Origin: an uncultured Alphaproteobacteria bacterium
GTDB lineage: Bacteria; Pseudomonadota; Alphaproteobacteria; HIMB59; GCA-002718135
Direction: 5' to 3'
NCBI GenBank assembly: GCA_902616075.1
Contig: CACMRK010000005.1
Coordinates: 16,236-80,235 of the forward strand
Length of the DNA stretch: 64,000 bases
How positions within the stretch are numbered: the first letter of the stretch is position 1; each line of letters opens with the position of its first letter. Both the position numbers and the translations under genes were made by a program. This document shows positions 62,392-64,000 of the stretch, piece by piece. The notes under the pieces were generated by a model. The model made no database searches, was not told the origin of the DNA, and saw only the letters and a list, made by a program, of their open reading frames with translations.

Positions 62392-63999
62392 TTAATTACT
62401 AATTAAATCTTCTTCCATTTTAATTAATTCATACCATCTATTTTCTTTTATATTGAGATCGCTATTAAGAACTTCCATTTGAGAAGTTATTTCTTGATAG
62501 CGTTCATAATTTTCTAAATATAAATTTGTATCCTTCAATTCATTTTTAATATCTTCTAATTCTTGTTGGATATTTTTTATTTGGTTTGGTAATTGATCTA
62601 ATTCATATTGAAACTTATAGGATAATTTTTGTTTTGAACTTTTTACTTTGTTGTTTTCTGAAAGAGATTTTTTAGTTTCTTTATTTTTAGTAACTTGTTG
62701 ATTTTCAGATTTTAAAAAATCACTATATCCTCCAAAAAACAATGATACATTTCCATCCTCTTTGAAATGTAGAATTTTATTTACAGTTTGATCTAAAAAA
62801 TCTCGATCATGCGATACTATTAATAAAGTTCCATTATAATTGGATAGCATTTCAGTTAATAGATCTAACGTTTCTAAATCTAGATCATTTGTTGGCTCAT
62901 CTAATATAAGTCCAGTCTTCGGATTAGCTAAAACTTTTGCTAAAAGTAACCTATTTTGCTCTCCACCTGATAATGTTTGTATCGTATGATTGACATTTTT
63001 AGGATCAAACTGAAAATCTTTCACGTAACTGCAAACATGCCTATCTCTTCCCTGAACTTTTAAATAATCTCCTCCAGAGGGCACTAAGATATCTTTAATA
63101 GATTTTCTGCCATTAAGATCATTACGCATTTGATCAAAATAAGAAAATTCTAAATTTTTTTTCAGTTTGATTTTACCTTTAGAAATTTTTATTTCATTGA
63201 GGATTGTTCGAAGAAAAGTTGATTTACCACTTCCATTATTACCTAACAGACCGATACGATCATTTTTTGAAATTTTAATAGATAGGTTTTTAAAAACAAA
63301 TTCACTTTGATTTGGATATTTCACAAAAACTTCTTGAAGTTCAGCAATAAATTTAGATTGATCAGTAGATTTTTTAGAAACTTGCGGTCTTAATGATTTA
63401 ATTGCACTTCTATAAGAAGCTTCATCTTTTTCTAATTGCGCTTTTAATTCTTTCGCTCTTTTTAATCTTTTTTCATTTCGCTTAACTCTCGCCTTTACTC
63501 CTTTATTTGCCCACTCAAGTTCAATATTAACAAATTGCTTTCTATTTCTTAATTCTCTATATTCTTGATCTAGTAACTCCTCTGACCATTTATCAAAATC
63601 TTTAAATCCTCTAGGGCTTACTCGTAATTTTCCTCTATCTATCCAAAAAACTTTGTTAGTAAAATTACTGAGAAAAGTTCGATCATGACTCACACATATA
63701 ATTGTCTTATTTAAATTGCGTAAATAACTTTCTAGCCATTCGATGCATTGCAAATCTAGATGATTGGTTGGCTCATCTAATAACAAAACATCAGAGTCTT
63801 TTAATAAAGACCTAATTAAATAAACTTTTCTTTTTTGACCTCCTGAAAGATCTTCAACATTAGCAAATTTGTCTAAATTGAGTTTATTGCAAAATATATC
63901 AACAAAATGTTTATTTTGTTCGTTAAGTAAATCTGAAAAATTCTCTTCAATGGTTTTATTATCTAGTTTTTCAAATTTCTGATTAAAATATCCAACTTT
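62392..63999 (-). CDS. uup: ABC-F ATPase, Uup-like (5' truncated by window edge)
   Basis: frame is open to the window end (VGYFNQ..LSGGQKRK..LLLDEPTNHLD); second NBD GNNGSGKST/LSGGEQNR; C-terminal KLSYK..EL. Confidence 0.85.
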   Translation of the reverse strand, partial: KVGYFNQKFEKLDNKTIEENFSDLLNEQNKHFVDIFCNKLNLDKFANVEDLSGGQKRKVYLIRSLLKDSDVLLLDEPTNHLDLQCIEWLESYLRNLNKTIICVSHDRTFLSNFTNKVFWIDRGKLRVSPRGFKDFDKWSEELLDQEYRELRNRKQFVNIELEWANKGVKARVKRNEKRLKRAKELKAQLEKDEASYRSAIKSLRPQVSKKSTDQSKFIAELQEVFVKYPNQSEFVFKNLSIKISKNDRIGLLGNNGSGKSTFLRTILNEIKISKGKIKLKKNLEFSYFDQMRNDLNGRKSIKDILVPSGGDYLKVQGRDRHVCSYVKDFQFDPKNVNHTIQTLSGGEQNRLLLAKVLANPKTGLILDEPTNDLDLETLDLLTEMLSNYNGTLLIVSHDRDFLDQTVNKILHFKEDGNVSLFFGGYSDFLKSENQQVTKNKETKKSLSENNKVKSSKQKLSYKFQYELDQLPNQIKNIQQELEDIKNELKDTNLYLENYERYQEITSQMEVLNSDLNIKENRWYELIKMEEDLISN

Positions 64000-64000
64000 A

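Noticed and set aside
62392-64000. ABC-F protein as the missing ATPase of the sugar transporter, or as a truncated pseudogene
   Set aside because: Tandem NBDs with a Uup-type C-terminus mark a non-transport ABC-F; the frame is open to the window edge, so the truncation is an edge effect

Overview
AT-rich (roughly 25-30% GC by eye), tightly packed chromosomal DNA from a streamlined, probably marine, alphaproteobacterium. It resembles SAR11 in composition, but tRNA-His G-1:C73 and murA-hisG-hisD synteny argue against Pelagibacter proper. 1-32.8 kb is the conserved alphaproteobacterial core block on the minus strand: tRNA-His, tRNA-Leu, tig-clpP-clpX-lon-hup, tRNA-Val/Asp, nuoA-N, birA-coaX-rnj-DUF1467-proS-lolC/E-lolD-dnaE, rpsB-tsf-pyrH-frr. 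32.9-36.1 kb is an unusual nitrogen locus: an aminotransferase, a PII with a rewritten T-loop, two tandem glutamine (glnA-motif) riboswitch aptamers, and a glutamine synthetase with non-alphaproteobacterial signature motifs. 36-50 kb holds parE, glpK, a glutamine amidotransferase, iolE, a class II cytochrome c, two orphan amino-acid ABC permeases, a GT9, tRNA-Phe, yacG (missed by the ORF track), infA, hisD, hisG, murA and an MntR/MntX manganese module with a clear operator. 50-62.4 kb is a nine-gene minus-strand catabolic run: sugar ABC binding protein, two permeases, two tandem ~720-aa ADP-ribosylglycohydrolase-fold proteins, aldo-keto reductase, MFS, nitrilase and methyltransferase, with a divergent HpcH/HpaI aldolase. 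An ABC-F (Uup-like) gene runs off the right edge. No CRISPR array, prophage, integrase or IS was seen. All family calls come from motif recognition by eye, not from database searches.
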